64,000 nt of DNA from IMG/VR virus record IMGVR_UViG_3300034071_001657; one strand, 5' to 3'. Below are positions 8,931 to 18,362 of the stretch, piece by piece. The translations under genes were made by a program, and so were the position numbers. The notes below the pieces were generated by a model. That model worked only from the letters and a program-made list of their open reading frames with translations. It searched no databases and was not told the DNA's origin. Position 1 is the first letter of the stretch. Each line of letters begins with the position of its first letter. This DNA comes from a virus.

Positions 8931-9971
8931 CTACACTGTTAATTTCTGATTGCTGGTCATAAAATTTTTCTTTCTCATTACAGTTTTAGCAACCAAGTCT
9001 AATTGTTCGGCACTTCTATCCCACTTCAAAACAAATGGCATATTAATGTCAGATTGCATATCATTAATCACTGCTTCAGCATCAGGGCCTAGCTTTGGAA
9101 TTCTTTTGCCGTGTTTTTCATATGTTTTTTTAAACAACGCAGTCAATTCATCTGACGTAATTTGTTTTCTATTTCTCTCATCATTTACTCTATCTAAAAA
9201 ATGTCGAGTAAATGCCACATCAATTCCTACCGCCTGAAATAATTTATCAGCATATTGTTCAATCTTTTTTAAGTCTGACTGAGTTATTTCCTCAATCAAC
9301 AACCTAGCACCAAAAGATTCAGTGAATAATCCGCTTTTGCCGTGACGTAAAAAAATCATCGCACCTGTCATTCCATCTTGAAGAATGATCGGCTTCTTTG
9401 GATTCTTTCTTCCGTACTGACGAATTGCTTCACCCACATCATCGTCGCCAACATACGTTTCATATTTTAGAAATTTTCTTTTTCCCAAACGCGCTTTTAA
9501 GTAACGCTTTGTATCGACAACGAAAACATCATTGTTAGCAAATCTTCTCATCATTATTTTACTTCCCGCTGGAGGATCACCCGTAGTTCCTGCTATTCGG
9601 CCTGCCCCAACAACGTTAGCAATTTCTTCTTTTAGTGTTTCTTTGTTTGATAGAAACACTGCAAACTTTTCTTCCAGATTATCTGGCGTCAAATTCTTTT
9701 CTTCTTTAATCAAAAACAATGCTGCGGCATATGTTGCAAATTTTGTTTTACCGCCTGGAACTTTCATTAACAGTTTTTTTAAGTTTAGAATCAACACATC
9801 TAACAGATTAAAAGAATCTCTTTCATCTTGAGTGTTTCTCTCAGATGATGACTTGAGAATGTTACCCTCGGCATCGATAACTCCAGTCTTGTAGGCTGGC
9901 CAGTTTTCGAATGGTGTGGTTAACTTTCTTAGAATTCTATAAACTACATATAAGTCTACTAAGTTTGCCAT
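8931..9971 (-). CDS. Modular T4-like late protein, probable head-internal protein
   Basis: Three apparent modules separated by LKEE and LIEE; last module has FTRHFLDR. Confidence 0.65.
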   Translation of the reverse strand: MANLVDLYVVYRILRKLTTPFENWPAYKTGVIDAEGNILKSSSERNTQDERDSFNLLDVLILNLKKLLMKVPGGKTKFATYAAALFLIKEEKNLTPDNLEEKFAVFLSNKETLKEEIANVVGAGRIAGTTGDPPAGSKIMMRRFANNDVFVVDTKRYLKARLGKRKFLKYETYVGDDDVGEAIRQYGRKNPKKPIILQDGMTGAMIFLRHGKSGLFTESFGARLLIEEITQSDLKKIEQYADKLFQAVGIDVAFTRHFLDRVNDERNRKQITSDELTALFKKTYEKHGKRIPKLGPDAEAVINDMQSDINMPFVLKWDRSAEQLDLVAKTVMRKKNFMTSNQKLTV

Positions 9972-10318
9972 TATATCCTTCTTTTTATTTCTTCTAGCAA
10001 TTCAGAATCGTGAATTTCATTATCATGAATATATTTCAACATTACAAGAAAAGCATTGAGTATGTGATGATTCTTCTCTTCAATTTTAAATCGAAGCATA
10101 TTTACTGTAGCTTCTACACCAAAAACATTTGAGAGAAAGATTATGTGATTCAGTATTAATCTTTCTCTCAATTCACTCTTTTCAACATATTTGTTTATCA
10201 GTCTTTTGATATACTTAAATTTATTTAAATCTTCTAAGTATTCTAAGACTGATATACAATTAGGATTTCTGTAATTGTTTATAGCATATTCATCAAATTC
10301 ATCATCATTAAAAATCAT
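9971..10318 (-). CDS. Conserved T4-like hypothetical protein
   Basis: Y-x-NP-x-C...EDL..FKYIKRL...ERLILNHII pattern recognised from T4-like phages. Confidence 0.75.
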   Translation of the reverse strand: MIFNDDEFDEYAINNYRNPNCISVLEYLEDLNKFKYIKRLINKYVEKSELRERLILNHIIFLSNVFGVEATVNMLRFKIEEKNHHILNAFLVMLKYIHDNEIHDSELLEEIKRRI

Positions 10319-10319
10319 A

Positions 10320-10742
10320 TTACCAGCCGCTTAGTGCAACCCTTAGAATTGAATTGGCGCCTGTCGCTGCAACTGCAACATACAAATAGTTTGCATCCCA
10401 AGCAATTGATCCTACTTCCATACCAACCGAACTATTATTATTGGATCCTGGTGTGAATGCAGTTCTAACTCTAATTCTATCATTATCAAAGTCTGCTAAA
10501 CCATCAACAAGAAATCTGTCACTAGGCGTAATTTTAAACGTGCCACCAGTAACAAATTCTGTATTTGCAACTGAACCCAACTTAATTGTTTGAAATGTGG
10601 TTTGTGCTGTTTCACCAAAAATATCACCAAGTTCAACTTTTTTAGAAACTGGTGATCCCGATGGATCATCAACGATAAGCAACAAATCATTATTTGCTGG
10701 TGCTGTCAATGCGGTTAATTGTGTAATCTTTTTATCTGCCAT
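10320..10742 (-). CDS. Virion structural protein (fibre/decoration-like)
   Basis: MADKKITQLTAL N-terminus and WDANYLYV C-terminus typical of phage fibre proteins. Confidence 0.65.
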   Translation of the reverse strand: MADKKITQLTALTAPANNDLLLIVDDPSGSPVSKKVELGDIFGETAQTTFQTIKLGSVANTEFVTGGTFKITPSDRFLVDGLADFDNDRIRVRTAFTPGSNNNSSVGMEVGSIAWDANYLYVAVAATGANSILRVALSGW

Positions 10743-10811
10743 TTAAAACTCCTATTTTATAAACCCAACTGAATGGGAATGCTACTCCTGGGACTCAGGC
10801 CAACATGTAGA

Positions 10812-11558
10812 TTAAACTTCTTCGAGAGTTGCCGCATCAGAAACTGTATTGGCTGAAACACCCGTGGCAGAAATCTGTACGCGATAAAGATTGCCATCCA
10901 ATCCGGTGTTATCGGAAATTTCAAGCGTGCTAGTATTGGTATTGGCATAAACTCCAGCATCTGTGAGATTTGCCCAAGATGCGCCAGTGTTTGCTTGCCA
11001 ACGATAGTTGAGTGTTGTGCCCGATGGATCAACTGAAGCAGAAACGCTAAACGAAACTGCATTACCAGTTTCTTCACTCGAATTCTGTGGTTGTGTATTG
11101 ATAGTAATGATTGCGTCTGGATAAACTGCGTCCTCTGCATCACCTGAAATGCTTGACATAGCAACCAATACTTCACGCTTAATTCTAGTGACGCCGTGCA
11201 TGTCGGTGTATGTGTTTCTTAAAATCCAACCCGCATCTTTGTCATTGACTTGTGCTTCTGTTGAATCAACACCGAAAGTTTTTCTACCATCTGTATAGTA
11301 AAGATACTTAGGTGTGTCTTGACCAGTTACAGTTTGGCTTGAAGCATTTGCTGTTGACCATGCTGGAGAAATAGTTAAGTGTGTGGCGTTTGTAATGCCA
11401 GTAACTTTATATTTTGTTCCCCCGCTCGTAACAATCATGTCGCCAATGTCAAGTTCAGTCACAAAAGCTGTTCCTGTTCCAACAACTGTGTCTGAAGTGT
11501 TAACAAAAGCAACTGTTCCAGTGACTGTGAATGAATCTCTTTTTCCCCATAGTGCCAT
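10812..11558 (-). CDS. Virion structural protein with C-terminal Ig-like domain
   Basis: MALWG start; ITINTQPQ...YRWQ...YRVQIS Ig-like pattern; late promoter upstream. Confidence 0.75.
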   Translation of the reverse strand: MALWGKRDSFTVTGTVAFVNTSDTVVGTGTAFVTELDIGDMIVTSGGTKYKVTGITNATHLTISPAWSTANASSQTVTGQDTPKYLYYTDGRKTFGVDSTEAQVNDKDAGWILRNTYTDMHGVTRIKREVLVAMSSISGDAEDAVYPDAIITINTQPQNSSEETGNAVSFSVSASVDPSGTTLNYRWQANTGASWANLTDAGVYANTNTSTLEISDNTGLDGNLYRVQISATGVSANTVSDAATLEEV

Positions 11559-11587
11559 GGTTTTCTCCTTTAAATTACTTTCACACT

Positions 11588-11595
11588 TATTTATG
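11588..11595 (-). promoter_or_regulatory. T4-type late promoter
   Basis: CATAAATA about 30 nt upstream of ATG 11558, AAGGAG SD. Confidence 0.65.
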
Positions 11596-11604
11596 TGTGC
11601 GTTA

Positions 11605-13836
11605 TTATTTCTCAGATATTTCTGGATTAATTTCTATTGGCTCTTTTTTACCGCTAAGAACCTCACCCTTTTTATGATTTTTTTCTTTGCCATTTACTTC
11701 TTTATCTTCTTTTTCTTTTTTCTCAGAAACAAGTTTCTTAAACTTGTCAGAAAAACTTTCTGGTTCTTCATTCACAGAGACATTGCCAACTGTCTTCATT
11801 TTAATTTTGGTTTTAACACCTGCTTTGGCAAAAGCTTTTTCAAACTTTTTAGCTAAAGGCTCGCCGCCTTGTTTAAACTCTTGATATTCATCAAGAGTTT
11901 CTTCGCCAAATTTTTGTTTGTTATCAAGTCTGTCAGCAGGTCTTTTGCCTTGTCCGAGTTTGGTGTCTTTTGGACCAACTTCTTCTGGACCAACTTTCTC
12001 TAGATCACCTGGGTCTTTTATCTGGGCCAAATAGCTTTTTTTGACCATCTCTTTTTCTGTTCCTGCTTTTGGTTCGATGACTTTGAGTTCACTCATTCTC
12101 TCACGCTTCTTGGCAGCAGTTTCTTTACCAGATTTAGTAAAGCCGAATTTGGCATACTTTCCTGCGGCTAGGTCAGCAGCATAAGAACCTTCTGGTGGTT
12201 TGCCTGGTTTTTTATCTTTTTTTGGCGTGACAATTCCTTCACCTTCCACTACAACTTCTTCATTTTTTGGCACACAATTAGGCACCATCTTACCATTCTT
12301 TTTCTTCATGCCTTCCTGTTTATGCGTGTCCCAACAAGCTTCATCAACTTCAACTTCTTCTTTCTGTGGTGCACTCTGTGCTTTGCCTTTAATCAATCTG
12401 CCTTTTGCTTGTATTGCCGCAAATCTTGCTGCCTTATCGTTGTGACCAGGCATAAGGCTTGTCGTTGGCACTTTACCTTCAGGCGCTTTGCGTTCATTCT
12501 CGGGGTTATCATAGCCTTTGCCTTTGATAACTCTTTCGTCAAGCTCTTCAATGTCAATCTCTTCATTTTGAAGTTCGCCAACTTTTTTCTTATGAGTTAC
12601 TGCACCATATTTGTCCTTTACTTTAATATGTGCAACGTCACCTTCGATCTTGTGAACGGTTCCAGACTTCTTAACTTTTTTTCCTGGAGCAGATGACATT
12701 TCATGGTCAAAACTAACCTTATCGCCTATTTTTACTTCATCCAATTGAACTTCTTCGCTGTACATATTCAATTCGTAACGCTTGTTGTCAAGGTTTGCGA
12801 CTTGTACTTGAATTGCTTTCTTGCCAGTCTTGTCTAACAAACGATAAGCATTTGTTTTACCTGAAGATGGCTTCTTAGGTCCCATTGCAACTTTACGATC
12901 AATCTCTTCTGGATCAACTTCAATACCATACTTGTTCTTTGCAAAGTCATATGCATGTGCCATTGCTGAAGAAAAGTCTTTGTGATATAGATTGTATCCT
13001 GTGCTAGACTTACCTTCTTCAAGTTCAATTTCTTTTACGGGACCTAAATCGTCACTCTCGATAATTTCTACTTCTTCACCTTGAAGTTCTTTCTGTGTTG
13101 CACCAGCTTTTCTAGCAGCCTCAGCATCTTTAGGACTCTTAGTCTTATGATATTTAGCGAGCAATTCTTTTCTTGTGCCACCTTGACTTTTTGCATTGTA
13201 ATCTGTGACACCAGTTGCTTCATCAACAACAACTTCTTCATTCTTCATGCGATTGACACGATTTCTTGCAAGCCCAGAAACAAACTTGATTCCCGCATCG
13301 GCAAGAGTCTGCAAGTCTTTCTTGTCCATCTTGTCAAGCATGGCAATCAACTTTTTGTAGCTGTCGCTCGATGGATCGATGCCACTAATCTTACCATATT
13401 CTGCTTTCAACTTAGCGACCATTGCTGGAGAAAAAGCTTCCTCTAAAAAAGAATCGTCGAATTCTTCTTTGACGTTGGACTTTTGACTTCTAAGGGCGTC
13501 CATTTCTTTTGCGTGTTTCTCTTTTGTGTCTGCAATTTTTTGTGAGATTGCCGCGCGTTTCTTTTGAGCCGCAATATTTTTAGTTGATGAAACGCTTGTT
13601 CCGCCACCAGATTCTTCTTCAAGATCGACTTCTTCATTTTTTGCCTGATGCAGTGCATCGACTTCTTTGAAGAATTTTTTCTTTTGTTCAGGCGTCAATT
13701 CTCCAAGAGACTTGATACCTTTCTTTGCCATGTGTGCGCGAACTTTAGCTTGAAACTCATTTTCTTCTTTTTGAACTTCTTTAATTGCCTCAAGCAAAGA
13801 GGGCGAAATATTAAATAGACTTGACATAGTTCTCAT
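11605..13836 (-). CDS. Large modular Lys/Glu-rich protein, probable prohead core/internal polyprotein
   Basis: About 9-10 EEV-x-x-(D/E)E linkers separating short basic modules, including ACW...KKKNGKMVPNCVP. Confidence 0.7.
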   Translation of the reverse strand: MRTMSSLFNISPSLLEAIKEVQKEENEFQAKVRAHMAKKGIKSLGELTPEQKKKFFKEVDALHQAKNEEVDLEEESGGGTSVSSTKNIAAQKKRAAISQKIADTKEKHAKEMDALRSQKSNVKEEFDDSFLEEAFSPAMVAKLKAEYGKISGIDPSSDSYKKLIAMLDKMDKKDLQTLADAGIKFVSGLARNRVNRMKNEEVVVDEATGVTDYNAKSQGGTRKELLAKYHKTKSPKDAEAARKAGATQKELQGEEVEIIESDDLGPVKEIELEEGKSSTGYNLYHKDFSSAMAHAYDFAKNKYGIEVDPEEIDRKVAMGPKKPSSGKTNAYRLLDKTGKKAIQVQVANLDNKRYELNMYSEEVQLDEVKIGDKVSFDHEMSSAPGKKVKKSGTVHKIEGDVAHIKVKDKYGAVTHKKKVGELQNEEIDIEELDERVIKGKGYDNPENERKAPEGKVPTTSLMPGHNDKAARFAAIQAKGRLIKGKAQSAPQKEEVEVDEACWDTHKQEGMKKKNGKMVPNCVPKNEEVVVEGEGIVTPKKDKKPGKPPEGSYAADLAAGKYAKFGFTKSGKETAAKKRERMSELKVIEPKAGTEKEMVKKSYLAQIKDPGDLEKVGPEEVGPKDTKLGQGKRPADRLDNKQKFGEETLDEYQEFKQGGEPLAKKFEKAFAKAGVKTKIKMKTVGNVSVNEEPESFSDKFKKLVSEKKEKEDKEVNGKEKNHKKGEVLSGKKEPIEINPEISEK

Positions 13837-13837
13837 G

Positions 13838-14110
13838 TTACTCTCCTGTTTCTTTTATTCTTAAAATTAAATTACCGTTACCTTTTAAAATTCTGTGATA
13901 GTCACCAGCTTTTATTTTATAAACCTTATTCTCTTCTAGAGAGATTGGTAGTCTATTATCATACTGTAACTTCCAATCTCTTCCTTCTAATATTACTATC
14001 TCTCTATCTTTTCTGTCTCTGTGCCAGATTAATTCTTCTTCGTTTACGTTTGAATCAAAGACTCTAATGAATTCGTTCTTTGATTGCCTATTGTCAGAAT
14101 AAGGTTTCAT
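13838..14110 (-). CDS. Small cupin-like protein
   Basis: ELIWHRDRKDR...YHRILKG cupin-type His motifs. Confidence 0.65.
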   Translation of the reverse strand: MKPYSDNRQSKNEFIRVFDSNVNEEELIWHRDRKDREIVILEGRDWKLQYDNRLPISLEENKVYKIKAGDYHRILKGNGNLILRIKETGE

Positions 14111-14113
14111 ATT

Positions 14114-17100
14114 TTACCAGAAGAAATTACCACCACCAGAAAGTCCTAATTGCTTTGCGTATCTTGGCGTGTTGCATGCCCAGTATGCAGCAGAGGTTCT
14201 ATCTTTTTGTGTGCTGCATTGATGGCGTGCTGCGAAAGATTTTCTAGCTTCTGGATCATTCATCTTTACTGATAGCCCAGTGGTATCGCCCCATGTAACT
14301 TTCTTAATGTTGCCTGATGATGGGTCTTTTACATAGACATAGAATTTCTTAGGACCACCACGCTTTGGTTGATTGAGCGGTGGATCTTTTTCATCTTCTT
14401 CTTTTAGATGTGCTTTGCTCGAAGGTTTTTTTGCTGAAACAACATACTTGCCTTTAGGATCATCTTTTTTATAGATTTCAAGCCATTTGTCTTTTGTCTC
14501 ATCAGTTACATCACGCTCGATTTTCCACAAGCCAGAAACAGGATTGTATTTCCAAATGTTCAGCCCTTCATCCAAATCATCTATCTCGTCTTCGTATTCT
14601 TCCATCATTGCTGCAAGTTTTCTTGCATCTACGTGCTTGAAGCTCTTAGCAACTTGAGCAGCATAATAGGTGACGTTGTGCGCTGATTTACCTTCAGAAT
14701 TTTTTCTTGTCACAATATCTTTTAGAGTTTTAAGTGCTTCTTTGTATTCGCCAGAGTGTGCCATCGCACCGATTGTTGCGGCAATTCCTTCATCGATCAT
14801 TGGACAATCTAAAGGAACATATTGTCCCTCATACTCTGCGATTTCACCAATGTCTGTTTCTTCAATTAACATTTTGTCATCAGCAGAGAGTTCTATCTTA
14901 CCTTCAGCGTAAAGTTCTCTAACTCTTTTGTATAGATCGTAGTAGCTTTCTGAGCCAACACGAAATACGTTTTCAGAGAAAGAAACTTTATTATCGACAT
15001 GCCATTCAACTGCTTCATCGATTTCTGTTATTTCTTTTCCTTCTGAAAACAATTTAAATTTTCTTTGAAGATTGATATCATTCATCAATTTTAATGCTGA
15101 ATCAGCAGAATACTTTGCCGTAATGACATCAATGTTTTGTCCTGGTGTGGCTCTCGCGTATGCCATTCTTGCTGCGTCAGTGCCATACTCTAAAGCTTCT
15201 ACAAACTCAGAGAATGCTTCATTGGTTTCTTTTTTGCCACCTTTGACTTTTGCTGCAAGATCGCTATCAGCACCACCCCATGTTCCTTTGCCTTTAGTGA
15301 TGAATGAATTCACTCTAGCGTAAGCCCACTGTTGTGGCGTTGTGCCTGGACGATGACCACCTTTCCATGCTGCCATTCCGCGATTGTAAACTTGTTTGAG
15401 AATGCCATATGGTATGCCAGACTTCTCTGCTTTCTTCTTCAGGCCATCCATTTCTTCAAAGAGATCCATAAATTCTTCTTTGAGGTCACCAAAGTCTTCT
15501 GGAGACATATCGGCAATACATTCGTAAACCTCATACTCTGGAAACTCGTAACCTTCCTCTTCTTCGTCTTCCTCTTCTTCACCCTCGTCTTCCATCTCGC
15601 CGTTGTCTTCAGTGTAATACTCTAGATAATCTCTGGCAGTTGCCATGTAATCTGCGGCCAATGTTATCTTAGATAGAACCCACTCTTCTGGTTCTTCTTC
15701 CATGTTTTCCATCATCATTATGATTTCTTCAGTGTCATCGATGAGATTTGATAGCTGAACACGTGCCATGTAAAGACCATCTGATTCTTGATCTTCGTCT
15801 TCTTCAGCCTCTACGATATATGATTCAAATGCATGCACTCTGCGTTCTACTTTAGCAACCCATGCATCGCTTGGTTTACCTTCACCGTCATAGTATTCTA
15901 AAACGCGACCAGTTTTCTTTGAGACAAGTGCCCATTTTTTGTTACCTTCTTTATCAGTAACTTGTTTTAGGGTTTCGTCGATTAACTCAACTTCTTCTTT
16001 TTGAACCTGTGTCTTTGTTAGTCTGAATAAACTGTCGGCAGAAGTTACCATGTCCACTAAAGTATTCAGTAAAGATTGTGTTGCATTTTTTTCTGTCGTG
16101 CTTAAAGTCTCACCCTTATCAATCTTGTCGAGTGATCTTTTAATTGTAGATAGCATAGCTTTATCAGCAAGACCTAGGCGAACTAGTTGCTCTAGTCTGC
16201 CCATTTGTTTCTTGTCTAGTTGTTCACCATACATTTGCTTAAATCTTTTAGTATGCTTTGATTCAGGCATACCCTTTTCTCTAGCTTCTTTGTCGCCTGG
16301 AGCATCTTTGTATGAACTTGGATCGCTATCAGGTTTTTTATCGTGCGCTTTAAAGTGTGCATCTCTGCTTTGCTTTGTATCTTTGTCTAAGCCTTTGTAG
16401 TATTTCGTTGGCTGTGTGCCTTCTCTAGAAGCAACATCTTTGTCCTGTGGCAACTTTGCCTTCTCAAAAAGATTCAAGAATGAATCATTCAAATCAAATT
16501 CTTCTCTTTGTTGAGAAAGGCTTTTCTTTCTCTCTGTCTCTGTTCTTCTAACTCTTGGAAGTAAACGGGAAGCAATCTTGCCAACTGCGGGACGAAGCTT
16601 CTCAATTTTCTTGTCAATCATTTGCTTTTGACCAGCAGACATTGATGCGTAGTCACGACCGCCAGCAAGTCTTCTCTTTAAGAACTTGGTGGCAAGTCTT
16701 CTTGATCGAACATTTAATTTCTTGGCATTTGCAAATCGTTTCATGGCCAACATTCTTGATCTTTGAATCTTAGCTTTCAATCTTCTGATTTGCATTGCAC
16801 GTTTTCTTCTACCCGCCAAAGAGAGAACCTCTTGCAAGTCTGGCAACATTTCAGACGCAAAGATATCATCGATATTTTGTTCTAACGCTTCTGAAATTTT
16901 GGTAAGATTTGATTCTGAATTTTCTTTAATGTTCATACCTTTTCTAACCTCATCGAATAATTTTTTTGCATCTGCATCTGATAGTTTTGATGGCACGCCT
17001 TTTTTAAAATTCTCTAAATCATCTGCTGACGCAAAGCCACGCATCTTTGATGCCGACATACCAGTAACGCCTTCTGCGTCTGGATCACGTTCGCCTGCTG

Positions 17101-17473
17101 AAATGACTTCAATCGACTTAAATTCGTAGTCGCCTTTTCCGTTATACTTCTTAATGATGTTATCAAATTCTTGGACTCTATCGCTACCGACAACCATTAC
17201 AATGTTGTCGTATTTGCCGTTGAGTTCTTCAAGAACCTGAAAAATAACTTTTGCATTTGAGTTCTGCACCATAGGTCCGAATGCCTTCTTGGCAAACTTT
17301 ACCTTTGTTGCATGGTCAAGTGGGTCTTTTTTTGGATTTGTGCTATGAGATAGGTAGAGTTTTGCATCGGCGTTGCGCTTCGATGCTTCCGACTTAATCT
17401 TGTCGGCTAACTTTTCATGCCCATTCGTCATGGGATTCATTCTACCAAATGAGAATACTACTGTTTTTTTCAT
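14114..17473 (-). CDS. Cytidyltransferase/NMNAT-like (HIGH-motif) domain fused to a long modular tail
   Basis: FSFGRMNPMTNGH, VVGSDR, GMSASKMR; tail modules VYNRGMAAW..GHRPG..PQQWAYARV and ARKSFAARHQC; probable start MKKTVV at 17473. Confidence 0.8.
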   Translation of the reverse strand: MKKTVVFSFGRMNPMTNGHEKLADKIKSEASKRNADAKLYLSHSTNPKKDPLDHATKVKFAKKAFGPMVQNSNAKVIFQVLEELNGKYDNIVMVVGSDRVQEFDNIIKKYNGKGDYEFKSIEVISAGERDPDAEGVTGMSASKMRGFASADDLENFKKGVPSKLSDADAKKLFDEVRKGMNIKENSESNLTKISEALEQNIDDIFASEMLPDLQEVLSLAGRRKRAMQIRRLKAKIQRSRMLAMKRFANAKKLNVRSRRLATKFLKRRLAGGRDYASMSAGQKQMIDKKIEKLRPAVGKIASRLLPRVRRTETERKKSLSQQREEFDLNDSFLNLFEKAKLPQDKDVASREGTQPTKYYKGLDKDTKQSRDAHFKAHDKKPDSDPSSYKDAPGDKEAREKGMPESKHTKRFKQMYGEQLDKKQMGRLEQLVRLGLADKAMLSTIKRSLDKIDKGETLSTTEKNATQSLLNTLVDMVTSADSLFRLTKTQVQKEEVELIDETLKQVTDKEGNKKWALVSKKTGRVLEYYDGEGKPSDAWVAKVERRVHAFESYIVEAEEDEDQESDGLYMARVQLSNLIDDTEEIIMMMENMEEEPEEWVLSKITLAADYMATARDYLEYYTEDNGEMEDEGEEEEDEEEEGYEFPEYEVYECIADMSPEDFGDLKEEFMDLFEEMDGLKKKAEKSGIPYGILKQVYNRGMAAWKGGHRPGTTPQQWAYARVNSFITKGKGTWGGADSDLAAKVKGGKKETNEAFSEFVEALEYGTDAARMAYARATPGQNIDVITAKYSADSALKLMNDINLQRKFKLFSEGKEITEIDEAVEWHVDNKVSFSENVFRVGSESYYDLYKRVRELYAEGKIELSADDKMLIEETDIGEIAEYEGQYVPLDCPMIDEGIAATIGAMAHSGEYKEALKTLKDIVTRKNSEGKSAHNVTYYAAQVAKSFKHVDARKLAAMMEEYEDEIDDLDEGLNIWKYNPVSGLWKIERDVTDETKDKWLEIYKKDDPKGKYVVSAKKPSSKAHLKEEDEKDPPLNQPKRGGPKKFYVYVKDPSSGNIKKVTWGDTTGLSVKMNDPEARKSFAARHQCSTQKDRTSAAYWACNTPRYAKQLGLSGGGNFFW

Positions 17474-17535
17474 GGAGTTTTCCTTAGACTGATCCAAAAC
17501 CGCAGGTTTGTCTTAACCTAACTGCGAGACTATTG

Positions 17536-17543
17536 TATTTATA
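17536..17543 (-). promoter_or_regulatory. T4-type late promoter
   Basis: TATAAATA upstream of the cytidyltransferase gene. Confidence 0.7.
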
Positions 17544-18362
17544 TTAAACGCTTCCTTTAGTCTCAATTCTGAAGGCAATTGATGAAATACCGCCTCTAGA
17601 CTTCGCTCTGAGGTCCATTTTGATCTTTGGTTTGAGTTTTTGCACATAAGAATCGTCAATTTCATAGAATCCTGACGGTGAAATGATCGAATTTGCAACC
17701 GCGCCCTTGAATTGACTCAGAGTTTTCTGTCCTGTTAACGCTTCATAGATGATAGCGTCATAATAATCGTTATTTGCTTTCACAAATTTCAGCAATGCGC
17801 CTAGAAGATGCGGCTTATTGTTCTCAAGCCAGTATTCATAACTCTTGTCTTGAATGATTTTACCTTTTTTGATAAACTCATTGATGATTTTTTCGTTACC
17901 TTCAGAGATAATTCTGTCGTAATTTCCCATTGAAAGCAATCTCGTAGGCATTGTCTTGAGTTCTTTGACAATTGAAGACAATACTTTTTTCTGTGCAGGA
18001 TTTTTAAGTGAGTCGGCTGCCGATTCAAACAATTCTGCTGTTGATGCACCTTGTCCAGATGCTAATTGAATGCCGCCTTCCATTTTGACTGACACAAAAT
18101 ACTTCTTACTCTTGGTAAAAATGCAAATGTCTGTCTTTGGTTCAGGTTTTGCATAGATCGATCCTATACCAGGAACGTCTTCGTCCGAATGGTAGATATC
18201 AAAAGTCTTGCCCATCTTTTTGAAGATGTGTTCAACGCATTGTTCCGCTTGCTGTTTGATCTTAGCAGAATACGTCTTGGTTACTGCACGTTGTTTGTTC
18301 AATTTGATGCGCGAATATTCAACAATTGCCCATTCTAAGTCTACGCCTTCTGATGCTGCCAT
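17544..18362 (-). CDS. Putative PD-(D/E)xK restriction-endonuclease-fold protein
   Basis: PKTDI...VSVK spacing, N-terminal E in GVDLEWAI. Confidence 0.45.
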   Translation of the reverse strand: MAASEGVDLEWAIVEYSRIKLNKQRAVTKTYSAKIKQQAEQCVEHIFKKMGKTFDIYHSDEDVPGIGSIYAKPEPKTDICIFTKSKKYFVSVKMEGGIQLASGQGASTAELFESAADSLKNPAQKKVLSSIVKELKTMPTRLLSMGNYDRIISEGNEKIINEFIKKGKIIQDKSYEYWLENNKPHLLGALLKFVKANNDYYDAIIYEALTGQKTLSQFKGAVANSIISPSGFYEIDDSYVQKLKPKIKMDLRAKSRGGISSIAFRIETKGSV

